A stretch of DNA of 64,000 bases from a virus: the IMG/VR virus record IMGVR_UViG_3300027917_000034, positions 17,892 to 81,891 of that record. The stretch is one strand, 5' to 3'. Below, one piece after another: positions 34,495 through 43,088 of this stretch (positions are counted from its first letter, which is position 1; each line of letters begins with the position of its first letter). Both the position numbers and the translations under genes were made by a program. Under the pieces are notes generated by a model. It searched no databases, was not told the DNA's origin, and saw only the letters and a program-made list of their open reading frames with translations.

Positions 34495-36294
34495 GTGTTG
34501 GACTACGACTTCATCACGCGGGCGGACGACCTCGACCGCATCGCGCAGGACGTCCTACAGGCGGACGTCGTAGGGCTCGATATCGAGACGACGGCCCTGG
34601 ACCCGCGCTTCGGTGACATACGTTTAGTCCAGTTGATCGTGCCTGGCGTGGAGAACGACAGCCGGGGACGCATCTACGTCATCGACCTCTTCCAGACCAA
34701 GACGCTCGGCCCGGTCCTTGCGGCCATGCGGGAGACGAGCGCAATCTTCGTCATCCACAACGCGAAATTCGAGCAGAAGTGGATGTGGTGGAAATTCCGC
34801 TTCCGCATGTGGCCGGTGTTCTGCACCTTCCGGGCGTCGGCCATGACGTACAATGGGAAGAAGGGGATCAAGCACGACCTGGACTCCGTGATCATCCGCG
34901 AGTTGGGGGAGCACCCGGTCAACACCGGGCAGGGAGCCTCTGACTGGTCGAAACCCAACCTCACGCAGGAGCAGAAAGACTACGCGGCCGAGGACGTGCT
35001 GCGGCTGCTCCGCCTCCGTGTCGCCTTGAAGGGCAAGTTGACCGAGTACGGCTTGCTCACAACGGCCCTCGTGGAGTTTGGCGTGGTGTTCGCGGAGGGC
35101 CGGACCGAGTTGAACGGCTTCGCGCTCAATCAGGAGAAGTGGAAGGCGCTGGCCGAGACGAACATAGAGGCCCGCACACGTGCGCGGGAGGAGCTACTCT
35201 ACGAGCTACCTCACCCCAAGGATCAACTCGCCCTGCCCGGGTTCGGCGGACAGTGGAACGTGGACTCTCCACAGCAGATGCTCGCCTCCCTGCAACGGCT
35301 CGGCCTCAAGATCGAGAACACGCCCGAGATCGTGCTGGCGCAGCACGCGGGCAAGTACCCCCTCGTGAAGAAGGTGCTGGACTACCGGCACATCGCCCAG
35401 CGCGTCAAGACGTTCGGAATGACGTTCCTGCGGCACATCGACGCGGACGGGCGCATCCACCCCGAGTATTTCGGGCTGCTCGTCACAGGGCGCTACAGCG
35501 CCAACAAGAGCATGCAGCAGATACCCCGGGGCGCGGAATTCCGGGACTGTTTCGAGCCCCTGGAGGGGAGGCGCCTGGTAGGTGCGGACTACTCCGGGAT
35601 CGAGATGCGCCTGTGCGCGGAAATCTCCGGGGACAAGGCGCTCACGCTGGTCTTCGTGAACGGGGAGGACGCGCACCGGGCGACGGCTGCGGTCATCATG
35701 GATATCGACCCATCGCAGGTGTCGAAAGGCGACCGCCAGAACGCCAAGCCCGTCAACTTCGGGTTCATCTACGGCATGATGCCCGACAAACTCATCCTCT
35801 ACGCCATGAGCAACTACGGCGTGACCCTGACCCCACACCAAGCGAAGACCTATCGGAAGCGCTATTTCGAGCGCTACGAGGGAATCGGCCACTGGCACAA
35901 GAGGGTGCTTCGGGACGGGCAGCGGAACGGCTTCTCCAGGACTCTCTGCGGGCGTATCCGCTACCTGGACCCGAACGAGGCGTTCAACGAATTCTACAAC
36001 ACCCCTGTCCAGGGTTCCGGGGCGGACGCTCTGAAGACCTCGCTGGCCATCGTGCAGGACGCACTGGACGCGCGGTACGGCATCACCCCAGCCGAGACAC
36101 CGGATGGCCCGGTCCAGATCGTCCACCACGTGCACGACGAGATCATCCTGGAGGCGGACGACGACCACGAGATGGTGGCGGACACGGAGCGGTTGCTCCA
36201 CGACGGGATGAAGGAAGGCATGGAGAAATTCGTCAAGACCGTGCCTGTTGTGGTAGACCCGTCCAACGGGCGATCGTGGGCTGAGATACATTGA
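34495..36294 (+). CDS. polA: DNA polymerase family A (3'-5' exonuclease + polymerase, no 5' nuclease)
   Basis: DIET, HNAKFE, YAAED; TGR, ADYSGIEMR, R..AK.VNFG..YG, VHDE. Confidence 0.95.
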   Translation: MLDYDFITRADDLDRIAQDVLQADVVGLDIETTALDPRFGDIRLVQLIVPGVENDSRGRIYVIDLFQTKTLGPVLAAMRETSAIFVIHNAKFEQKWMWWKFRFRMWPVFCTFRASAMTYNGKKGIKHDLDSVIIRELGEHPVNTGQGASDWSKPNLTQEQKDYAAEDVLRLLRLRVALKGKLTEYGLLTTALVEFGVVFAEGRTELNGFALNQEKWKALAETNIEARTRAREELLYELPHPKDQLALPGFGGQWNVDSPQQMLASLQRLGLKIENTPEIVLAQHAGKYPLVKKVLDYRHIAQRVKTFGMTFLRHIDADGRIHPEYFGLLVTGRYSANKSMQQIPRGAEFRDCFEPLEGRRLVGADYSGIEMRLCAEISGDKALTLVFVNGEDAHRATAAVIMDIDPSQVSKGDRQNAKPVNFGFIYGMMPDKLILYAMSNYGVTLTPHQAKTYRKRYFERYEGIGHWHKRVLRDGQRNGFSRTLCGRIRYLDPNEAFNEFYNTPVQGSGADALKTSLAIVQDALDARYGITPAETPDGPVQIVHHVHDEIILEADDDHEMVADTERLLHDGMKEGMEKFVKTVPVVVDPSNGRSWAEIH

Positions 36295-36302
36295 GTTTGC
36301 CA

Positions 36303-36331
36303 TTGACTATCCCCCGCCTTGCTGGTAGTGT
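36303..36331 (+). promoter_or_regulatory. sigma70-type promoter
   Basis: TTGACT-N17-TAGTGT with TG extension. Confidence 0.65.
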
Positions 36332-36352
36332 GGCGGCTCTGGGAGGGGAACC

Positions 36353-37000
36353 ATGCCAGAGTTGATAGCGCCGCAGTACGTCATCCTGGAGTGCCCAGAC
36401 AACGCCGCCCTCAGTATCGAGCGCGCGGCCCGGACCTGCTACAAGAGCGAGGACAAGATCACGGAGGGGTCGGCCGAGAAGCTGACCAAGGGCCTCATCG
36501 AACGCGGCCACCACGCGATGGTCGAATTCGGCGGATGGATCGTGGTCAAATTCTTCTCCAACCGGGGCTTCACGCACGAGTTGGTCCGGCACCGCATCGC
36601 CAGCTTCGCGCAGGAGAGCACCCGCTACTGCAACTACGGCAAGGGGAAGTTTGGCGGGGCGATCACGTGCATCGACCCTTCGGCTATGCTGGAGGCCAAG
36701 ATCAAAGACCCGGAGAAGCGTGCCGAATACAAGGCACACCTCATCGAAACGTGGGCCATCTGCGAGGAGCGCTACATGGACCTCGTGGGTCGTGGCTGCC
36801 CGGCTGAGATCGCCCGCGAGGGGCTGCCCATCGGCGTGAAGGCCGAGATCGTGATCGGGGCGACCGTCCGGGAGTGGCGCCACATCTTCTCTCTTCGGTG
36901 CTCAAAGAAGGCCCATCCCCGCATGCGTGAATTGATGATCCCGCTCCGCGATGAGCTACGCGATCGGCTTCCGGTCGTGTTCGATGACCTCGGAGAGTAG
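36353..37000 (+). CDS. thyX: flavin-dependent thymidylate synthase
   Basis: ARTCY, GH...E, RHRIASFAQESTRY, AR..LP. Confidence 0.95.
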   Translation: MPELIAPQYVILECPDNAALSIERAARTCYKSEDKITEGSAEKLTKGLIERGHHAMVEFGGWIVVKFFSNRGFTHELVRHRIASFAQESTRYCNYGKGKFGGAITCIDPSAMLEAKIKDPEKRAEYKAHLIETWAICEERYMDLVGRGCPAEIAREGLPIGVKAEIVIGATVREWRHIFSLRCSKKAHPRMRELMIPLRDELRDRLPVVFDDLGE

Positions 37001-37279
37001 ATGGACCAGTACCCGCCGCCCCCTATCGAGCCCGGAGAGCCCTACCGCCGGGAGCACGACACTGTTGTCCTGAAGCCGCTGGAAGTGGTGGTCGTAGATG
37101 GTCGGCTGGACAAGGCGATCCGAAAACTCAAGAAAAAGATGTCCACCGAGGGCGTCCTGAAGGAATTGAAGCGGCGCCGCCGGGCCACCAAGCCCAGCGA
37201 TGCAAAGCGCCGGAAACGGATCGACGCAGCACGTAGACGGCGGAAGCGAGAGCGAGCCGCCGCGAAGAGGAAGGCATGA
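37001..37279 (+). CDS. rpsU: ribosomal protein bS21
   Basis: V.V.DG.LDKAIRKLKKK...EGVLKELK.R....KPS..KRRK. Confidence 0.85.
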   Translation: MDQYPPPPIEPGEPYRREHDTVVLKPLEVVVVDGRLDKAIRKLKKKMSTEGVLKELKRRRRATKPSDAKRRKRIDAARRRRKRERAAAKRKA

Positions 37280-37761
37280 AAGGGAACGGCAGGAAGGGCA
37301 ACGACAAGCGGACTCCCATCGACCATTGGGAGACCTTGAAGGTGCTCCACAGCGACTCCAAGCCGGTCGGCAGGGACGGCGACCTTGGGGTTGTGATCGA
37401 AGTCCAGCGGCCCGTGTTCGAGGGAGGCAGAACAGGGCGCTCCACGATGGGCGTGATCATCCGGCGCGGTGAGCGGATGCTGCGACTGTTCTGCCGCAAC
37501 GGGGACACGCACGAAATCTCCGCGCTCCGGGACATGCTGGCGGACCTCCCGGACACGGTGCTGGACGAGTACGCCTCGGAGTACGACACGCTCCGGGCCG
37601 AGAACGACCCTCCCCCGCGCGAGAGGGGCGGTGGTGGTCGGGAACGAGGTTCCGGACCGCGCCCCGGTGAGGTGGGCGGGGGCCTGAGCCGGTTCTCCGG
37701 CGAATCCAAGCGGGACCGCAAGCGGCGGAAGCGCCAGGAGCGGGAGCAGGACCACGGATGA
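37276..37761 (+). CDS. hypothetical protein with RG-rich basic tail
   Basis: ATGA overlaps at both ends. Confidence 0.7.
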   Translation: MKGNGRKGNDKRTPIDHWETLKVLHSDSKPVGRDGDLGVVIEVQRPVFEGGRTGRSTMGVIIRRGERMLRLFCRNGDTHEISALRDMLADLPDTVLDEYASEYDTLRAENDPPPRERGGGGRERGSGPRPGEVGGGLSRFSGESKRDRKRRKRQEREQDHG

Positions 37762-38033
37762 AAGAGCACGACCTCAAGACCTGGCCCAATGAGTTTTCCG
37801 CCGTCGCGGATGGCAGCAAGCGATTCGAGTGGCGGAGAGACGATGGGCGCGGGTTCGAGGTCGGGGACGTGCTCATCCTGCACGAGTGGGAGCCGACGCC
37901 CGGGAAGTACACCGGCCGCGTGCTTCGGGCCACGGTGACGTACCTGCTCCGGGGGCCAGCCTTCGATGCGCCGAGCGGCTACGTGATCATGTCCATCCTG
38001 CCCGACCCTCTGGGGGAGCCGTGGAACGTGTGA
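37758..38033 (+). CDS. ASCH/PUA-like (DUF3850) protein
   Basis: HDLKTWP..F.AV..G.K.FE.R..D..FEVGD.L.L.E. Confidence 0.85.
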   Translation: MKEHDLKTWPNEFSAVADGSKRFEWRRDDGRGFEVGDVLILHEWEPTPGKYTGRVLRATVTYLLRGPAFDAPSGYVIMSILPDPLGEPWNV

Positions 38034-38239
38034 CGCTGGACGTCTCCCCCGAGGAAGCGGCCCGACTCATAGCGGAGCTACGGGAGCGAGTGGAGAAGGC
38101 CGAGCGCCGCGCCGACCGCTGCAAAGAGTTGGCTGAATCCTCGCTCGCCATCGTGCGCCGATACCAGGACGAGCGAGAGAGTTTTCTCGCCCGCGTAGAG
38201 GCCGCGCTGCTCGGAATCGCCTCCACCTCCCAGGACTGA
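38021..38239 (+). CDS. small coiled-coil protein
   Basis: GGGAG RBS; helical heptads. Confidence 0.55.
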   Translation: MERVTLDVSPEEAARLIAELRERVEKAERRADRCKELAESSLAIVRRYQDERESFLARVEAALLGIASTSQD

Positions 38240-38288
38240 CATGCACCTACACTATCCGACAAAAATGCACGGGGGCCAACGTTTGCTC

Positions 38289-38318
38289 TTGACAGCCCCC
38301 GCCGGGGTGTGCCATGCT
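38289..38318 (+). promoter_or_regulatory. sigma70-type promoter
   Basis: TTGACA-N18-CATGCT with TG extension. Confidence 0.55.
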
Positions 38319-38363
38319 GGTCTCATCGGGTCGCGGATGGGTTCCGCGAAGGAAGGAAAGGCC

Positions 38364-38831
38364 ATGACGACCAAGGCGCAACTCAAGAAGCTGGACGACG
38401 CAGTGCTCACGGGCATGCAGGCGCACGACTGCCACGGCGCGGTGAAGTGGATTCGCTACGCCGCGAACGAGACCGTCACGGGCGAACGATTCGGACGCAC
38501 GCCTTACTCGGAGGCGCAGGTGCGCGGCTCCCTGAAGCGCCTGGAGAAGGCCGACAAGGTGGAGAACCACGGTTGGTCCAAGGCGCGCTGGCGCGTCATC
38601 ACCGACGAGATGCGCGCGAAGCGAGAGGCAGCCCGGCAGGAGCGCGCCCGGTGGAACGCAGAGGCGGCGGCGATCCAGAAGGCGCTCGGCCTCGGTATGG
38701 GCGGCTTCGATGCGGACGGCGACCCGGACGGCGACGAGCACGTGACGCCGACCAAGCACGGCGGGTTGGAATTGTCCCCCCGCGCGGTGGCGGCGCTGGC
38801 CGAGATCCTCAACGTCAACGTGAGCAACTAA
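38364..38831 (+). CDS. hypothetical protein, possible winged helix
   Basis: 'QVRGSLKRLEKADKVE'; start after AAGGA. Confidence 0.65.
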   Translation: MTTKAQLKKLDDAVLTGMQAHDCHGAVKWIRYAANETVTGERFGRTPYSEAQVRGSLKRLEKADKVENHGWSKARWRVITDEMRAKREAARQERARWNAEAAAIQKALGLGMGGFDADGDPDGDEHVTPTKHGGLELSPRAVAALAEILNVNVSN

Positions 38832-38842
38832 GGGGGCGAGTC

Positions 38843-39145
38843 ATGGCATACGAGGCAGAAGGCGAGCGCGTGTGGAACGTGGAGCGACAGGCGGACGGAT
38901 GGCCGAAGGGCATGAGCGACGAGAACAAGGCCCGGCTCACGGCGGCGGTCCAGCGCGTCCTGGAGGCGAACCCGGACGGTCTCTCGACCATGCAGATCTA
39001 CGAGACGATCAAGCGCGGTGACAAGGACGGGCGCAAGGCGTTCGTGAGCCCCCTGTGGTCGTGGCTGCTCTGCGCGACCGAGCGCGCCTGTCGTGAAGTG
39101 AACGGCACCCTGCAAGTGTGGGTCGTTCGACCGAATGCGTACTAG
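38843..39145 (+). CDS. hypothetical protein
   Basis: Start reassigned to ATG 38843. Confidence 0.6.
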   Translation: MAYEAEGERVWNVERQADGWPKGMSDENKARLTAAVQRVLEANPDGLSTMQIYETIKRGDKDGRKAFVSPLWSWLLCATERACREVNGTLQVWVVRPNAY

Positions 39146-39181
39146 ATCGGGCACGTCTGCCCGAAGGATAGGAGAGAGGAC

Positions 39182-39841
39182 ATGCCGAGAGTCAACACAG
39201 TGAACAAGGCGCGGAAGGCGCAGGGGACGTGCGGACGGTGCGGGGCCGAGATCAACGTGGGCGACGGCTACCGCTGGATCAAATTCCGGCACGGCGGCAA
39301 GCGCATCCGGTGTCTCGCCTCGGAGTGCAGGTTCCGCGCGTCGGACCTCACGCAGTCCAAGATGAGCGGCGTCTACTCCGCGCAGGAGAACGCCGAGGAC
39401 AGCATCGGGGACTGCGAGTCGATCGCAGACCTGAAGGCGCTGGCCGAGGAGACGGCCGAGTCGGTCCGAGAGGTGGCGCAGGAGTACCAGGACAGCGCCG
39501 ACGCCATCCACGAGCACTTCGATACGAGCGACACCGCCGACGAGTGCGAGGAGAAGGCCCAAGAGTTGGAGGGGTGGGCCGACGAGATCGAGAACGCCCT
39601 GGACGAATTCGGGGACGAATTCGAGCCGACCCAGGTGGACGACCCCGAGTGTCCCGAGTGCGGTGGCCCGATGACCGAGCGCGAAGGCGACGACGGGACG
39701 TGGGACTGCAACGACGCGGAGTGCGGCAAGCGCGGCATCACGTTCGAGAACGACCGCGACGACGAGGGACGGACCGAGGACGAGTACCTGGACGCGGCCC
39801 GCGAAGCCCTGGAGAGCGTCATCTCCGAGTGCCCCGTCTAG
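39182..39841 (+). CDS. acidic protein with two Zn-binding motifs
   Basis: CGRC...C...C and CPECG...C...C. Confidence 0.7.
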   Translation: MPRVNTVNKARKAQGTCGRCGAEINVGDGYRWIKFRHGGKRIRCLASECRFRASDLTQSKMSGVYSAQENAEDSIGDCESIADLKALAEETAESVREVAQEYQDSADAIHEHFDTSDTADECEEKAQELEGWADEIENALDEFGDEFEPTQVDDPECPECGGPMTEREGDDGTWDCNDAECGKRGITFENDRDDEGRTEDEYLDAAREALESVISECPV

Positions 39842-40012
39842 CCCCTTCTCCCGCGCGCCCGAGCGACCCCTTCTCCCGAGCCCCCTGACAGCCCCTCAGA
39901 GCCCCGAAGCCCACGGCGGCCCCCAGGTGCCTCCCGAGCCCTACGCGCCCTCAGAGGCCCCTCAGAGCCCCGGGACGGTGCCTCTGGCTGGCCACGCCTG
40001 CCAGGTTGCTCT
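39842..40012. repeat. intergenic tract with ~10-bp phased GCC(C)
   Basis: GCC at 39880, 39891, 39901, 39909, 39919, 39929, 39938, 39947, 39957, 39967. Confidence 0.55.
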
Positions 40013-40681
40013 ATGATGGTCAAGATGGGTAGGAAACGATCCAACGGGAAGCCCCCCGGCCGGAGCACCCGGTTCAAGAAGCTGAGAGCCCTCACCTGCT
40101 ACCAAGAGGTCTACGAGCGCATCTGCGCGGGCTGGCCGCTGGCGCAGGTGGCGCGCTTCATCCAAGAGGAGCGCCGCGAGTACACCACAATCTCCCGCCA
40201 CGGGCTCGAACAGCAGTTGGCCGACTTCCGGAAGCAGATGCCTCCGGGCGATCTGGTCCAGAAGCGGTTTCCGGATGTGTTCGACAAGGCCAAGGAAGCG
40301 GTGGAGCACGGCATTGACGAGCTAGCTGAGTTGGAAGAGTTGTACCGAATCCAGATGCACCGCATCGGCGTGGACTTCGCCACGGAGAAGGGGATCGGAA
40401 AACTCATGCCGTCGATGACGGCCGAAATTCGGGAGGCTCGGAACCTGCTCAAGGACATGGCCGAGTTGAAGATGGAGATGGGTGTGCTCGGTCGAGCGCC
40501 CAAGGGCGTGGACGTGAGCGTAGGTGTCGAGGTGGAGGCCACGCTGTCCGAGGACATGATGGCCCGGTTCGGGGACGGCGCGGTCAAGGAAGTGCTCCAA
40601 GACCCCGAGTCACGCCGGAAGGTCATGGGGGTGGTGGAGCGGTTCCTGAAGCTACCGGCGGCCTCCGAGGAAGTCCACTAG
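40013..40681 (+). CDS. putative terminase small subunit
   Basis: Immediately upstream of TerL; HTH-like N-terminus and helical core. Confidence 0.6.
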   Translation: MMVKMGRKRSNGKPPGRSTRFKKLRALTCYQEVYERICAGWPLAQVARFIQEERREYTTISRHGLEQQLADFRKQMPPGDLVQKRFPDVFDKAKEAVEHGIDELAELEELYRIQMHRIGVDFATEKGIGKLMPSMTAEIREARNLLKDMAELKMEMGVLGRAPKGVDVSVGVEVEATLSEDMMARFGDGAVKEVLQDPESRRKVMGVVERFLKLPAASEEVH

Positions 40682-40688
40682 GCCCGAG

Positions 40689-42707
40689 ATGATCGAATAC
40701 GAGAACGGCCACTGGCGGTCAGTACGGACGCCGAAGGAGAGCACCGGGCTTCTGGAGAAAGACCTGGAGACGCTCTCCCCGGCCGAGCGCGAGACGATCG
40801 AATTGATCGTGGCCGAGCTATCGGACCCCTCGGCATCGGCCGGGCTCCTCACGACGATCGGGAACCTGGAATGGATTCGGACTCCGGTGGACATGGAGAC
40901 GTTCTGCATGGACCCCCACTACCTTGGGAACACATGCGACAACCTGTACCCGAAGCTGATGGAAGACCTCACGACCCTCTTCGATGAGGGGTACCGAGAG
41001 GCAGTTTTCACGGGGGCCATCGGTTGGGGAAAGACGTTCGCCGCGTCCATCGGTATCTGCCGGCTGCTCTACATCCTGTCGTGCATGAGAGACCCGCACC
41101 GCTCCTTCGGCATCGCGGCCAACTCGAACATCTCTATCGTCTGTCTCTCCGTGAACGAGATCCTGGCCACCAAGGTCGCCTACGAGAACATCGCGACCAA
41201 GATCGAAGCCAGCCCGTATTTCCAGGAAAACTTCCCATTCGAGAAGACCAAGAAAGAGCTACGGTTCCCCCGCAAGGTGTGGGTGGCGGCGCGGGCCTCG
41301 AACGACGGCTCCGTCCTCGGTCTCAACGTGATCGGCGGGCTCCTGGACGAGACCAACTTCATGCCCAAGGCCAGCAAGGGGCAAGACCCTCGGTTCAACC
41401 TTCAGGATCGCGCCGAGGTGCTCTACAACGCCATGCAGCGCCGGATGAAGTCCAGGTTCGAGCGCAAGGGGAGGCTGCCGGGCATCCTGTTCGTCGTCTC
41501 ATCGAAGCAGACCAACGACGATTTCACGGCCAAGCGGATCAAGGAATCGACGCTCGACCCCACGGTGTTCGTCCGGGACTACGCCCTGTGGGACGTCAAG
41601 CCGGACATCTACTACTCCGGCGACTGGTTCCATGTCGTGGTTGGGAACGAGCAAGCTCCTAGCCGGATCATCGAGTCGGATGAAGACCTGGACGAGGTGA
41701 AGGTCACGCTCCCAGAGGACTGCGTGGTCATCGAAGTGCCGGAGGACTTCCGGGGCGATTTCGAGAACGACCTGGAGGGAGCCATCCGAGACCTGGCAGG
41801 GGTGGCCACGGTGTCGGTGAGCCCGTACATCCAACGGCGCACCAAGATCATCGACGCCATCCGCCCGGACATGCGGCACCCATTCAGCGTGGAGATTTAC
41901 GACCCCTCGCAGCCGGGCAGGTTCTACTGGCACAAGATGTTGCGACCGGCGGCCGACGCCGAGGGAGGAAACAGGCCGATCCTGAGCCCCTACGCTCCAC
42001 GACACATCCACATCGACCCTTCCATGACCGGGGACTCGACCGGCTTTGCCATGGGTCACATCTCGGGCTGGAGGGAGGTGGTGCGCCGCGACGACGATGG
42101 GAACAAGTACCCTGAGCGTGCTCCGGAAGTTACTTTCGACCTGCTCCTGAAGATCGTCCCGCCCATCGGCGGGGAGATCATCCTGGGAGACGTCCGCAAG
42201 CTCGTCTACCAGCTATCGAAGCACGGGTACATGATCACCTGCGTCTCCATCGACTCGTGGAATTCGGCCGACGCGATCCAGAAGTTGAACCAGCGCGGGT
42301 TCAACGCCATCCAACTGTCAGTGGACCGCACGATGGGTCCATACGACCTGCTCAAGACCGGGCTCTACGAGGATCGGGTGTACTACTACGAGTACGAGCC
42401 TTTCCTTCAGGAGCTACGCGAGCTAGAGCACGATCGCGTGAAGCGGAAGGTAGACCACCCCCTTCGGGGCTCCAAGGATGTGGCGGACGCGGCGGCTGGC
42501 GTCATGTGGACGCTCACTGAAAACTCATCGGCCCTCCCCCTGGCTATCCTCCGCAGCATGCCCGATCACGGGGATGCGTGGATGCTAGAGCACCAGCAAG
42601 CGGCGCTGGCTCGGAGCTACGGGAGCGAGGACGTATCGGATATGTCCGAAGACCTTACGGCTTTGCCTCCATTTCTGGTAGGCTCTGGAAGCGGCTGGGG
42701 AGACTGA
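40689..42707 (+). CDS. terL: terminase large subunit
   Basis: GAIGWGKT, LLDE, VSS; nuclease HIDPS, D, KDVADA. Confidence 0.92.
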   Translation: MIEYENGHWRSVRTPKESTGLLEKDLETLSPAERETIELIVAELSDPSASAGLLTTIGNLEWIRTPVDMETFCMDPHYLGNTCDNLYPKLMEDLTTLFDEGYREAVFTGAIGWGKTFAASIGICRLLYILSCMRDPHRSFGIAANSNISIVCLSVNEILATKVAYENIATKIEASPYFQENFPFEKTKKELRFPRKVWVAARASNDGSVLGLNVIGGLLDETNFMPKASKGQDPRFNLQDRAEVLYNAMQRRMKSRFERKGRLPGILFVVSSKQTNDDFTAKRIKESTLDPTVFVRDYALWDVKPDIYYSGDWFHVVVGNEQAPSRIIESDEDLDEVKVTLPEDCVVIEVPEDFRGDFENDLEGAIRDLAGVATVSVSPYIQRRTKIIDAIRPDMRHPFSVEIYDPSQPGRFYWHKMLRPAADAEGGNRPILSPYAPRHIHIDPSMTGDSTGFAMGHISGWREVVRRDDDGNKYPERAPEVTFDLLLKIVPPIGGEIILGDVRKLVYQLSKHGYMITCVSIDSWNSADAIQKLNQRGFNAIQLSVDRTMGPYDLLKTGLYEDRVYYYEYEPFLQELRELEHDRVKRKVDHPLRGSKDVADAAAGVMWTLTENSSALPLAILRSMPDHGDAWMLEHQQAALARSYGSEDVSDMSEDLTALPPFLVGSGSGWGD

Positions 42708-42746
42708 TCGGTTTCCACGGTCGGTCGCACGTGGTATTAGAACAGC

Positions 42747-43088
42747 ATGGACAGCGCACTCAAAGAGCAACTCACAGAGGTCTTCGGAGGCGACATGAAC
42801 GTCGCGCCCGGGGGCACGGGGGCGGTGCTCACGCGCCCGTCCAAGCTGTCCTTGGAGGTGGCACAGCAAGCCGTCCGGTCCATGCCAATCGACGGCTTGT
42901 ACCGGGACGTTGGAGCGGTGGCAGCGCGGGTCTTGGCGGATGAATTGGAGAGCCGATCTCTCCGGCCGGCGGACTACGCTAACCTCCCCGATCTTCCGAA
43001 GGTGGTGGCGAAGAGGATCGTCGGCTACCTTCTGAGGTCTGAGGAGTTTGCTCGGTCGTTCTCCGAGCACCTGGCCGCGAGGGGATAG
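42747..43088 (+). CDS. hypothetical protein
   Basis: Lies between terL and portal. Confidence 0.65.
   Translation: MDSALKEQLTEVFGGDMNVAPGGTGAVLTRPSKLSLEVAQQAVRSMPIDGLYRDVGAVAARVLADELESRSLRPADYANLPDLPKVVAKRIVGYLLRSEEFARSFSEHLAARG

Noticed and set aside
40689-42707. Inteins or introns in terL, dnaB, polA, recA
   Set aside because: Lengths are ordinary, motifs contiguous, and no intein C/S...HN blocks seen
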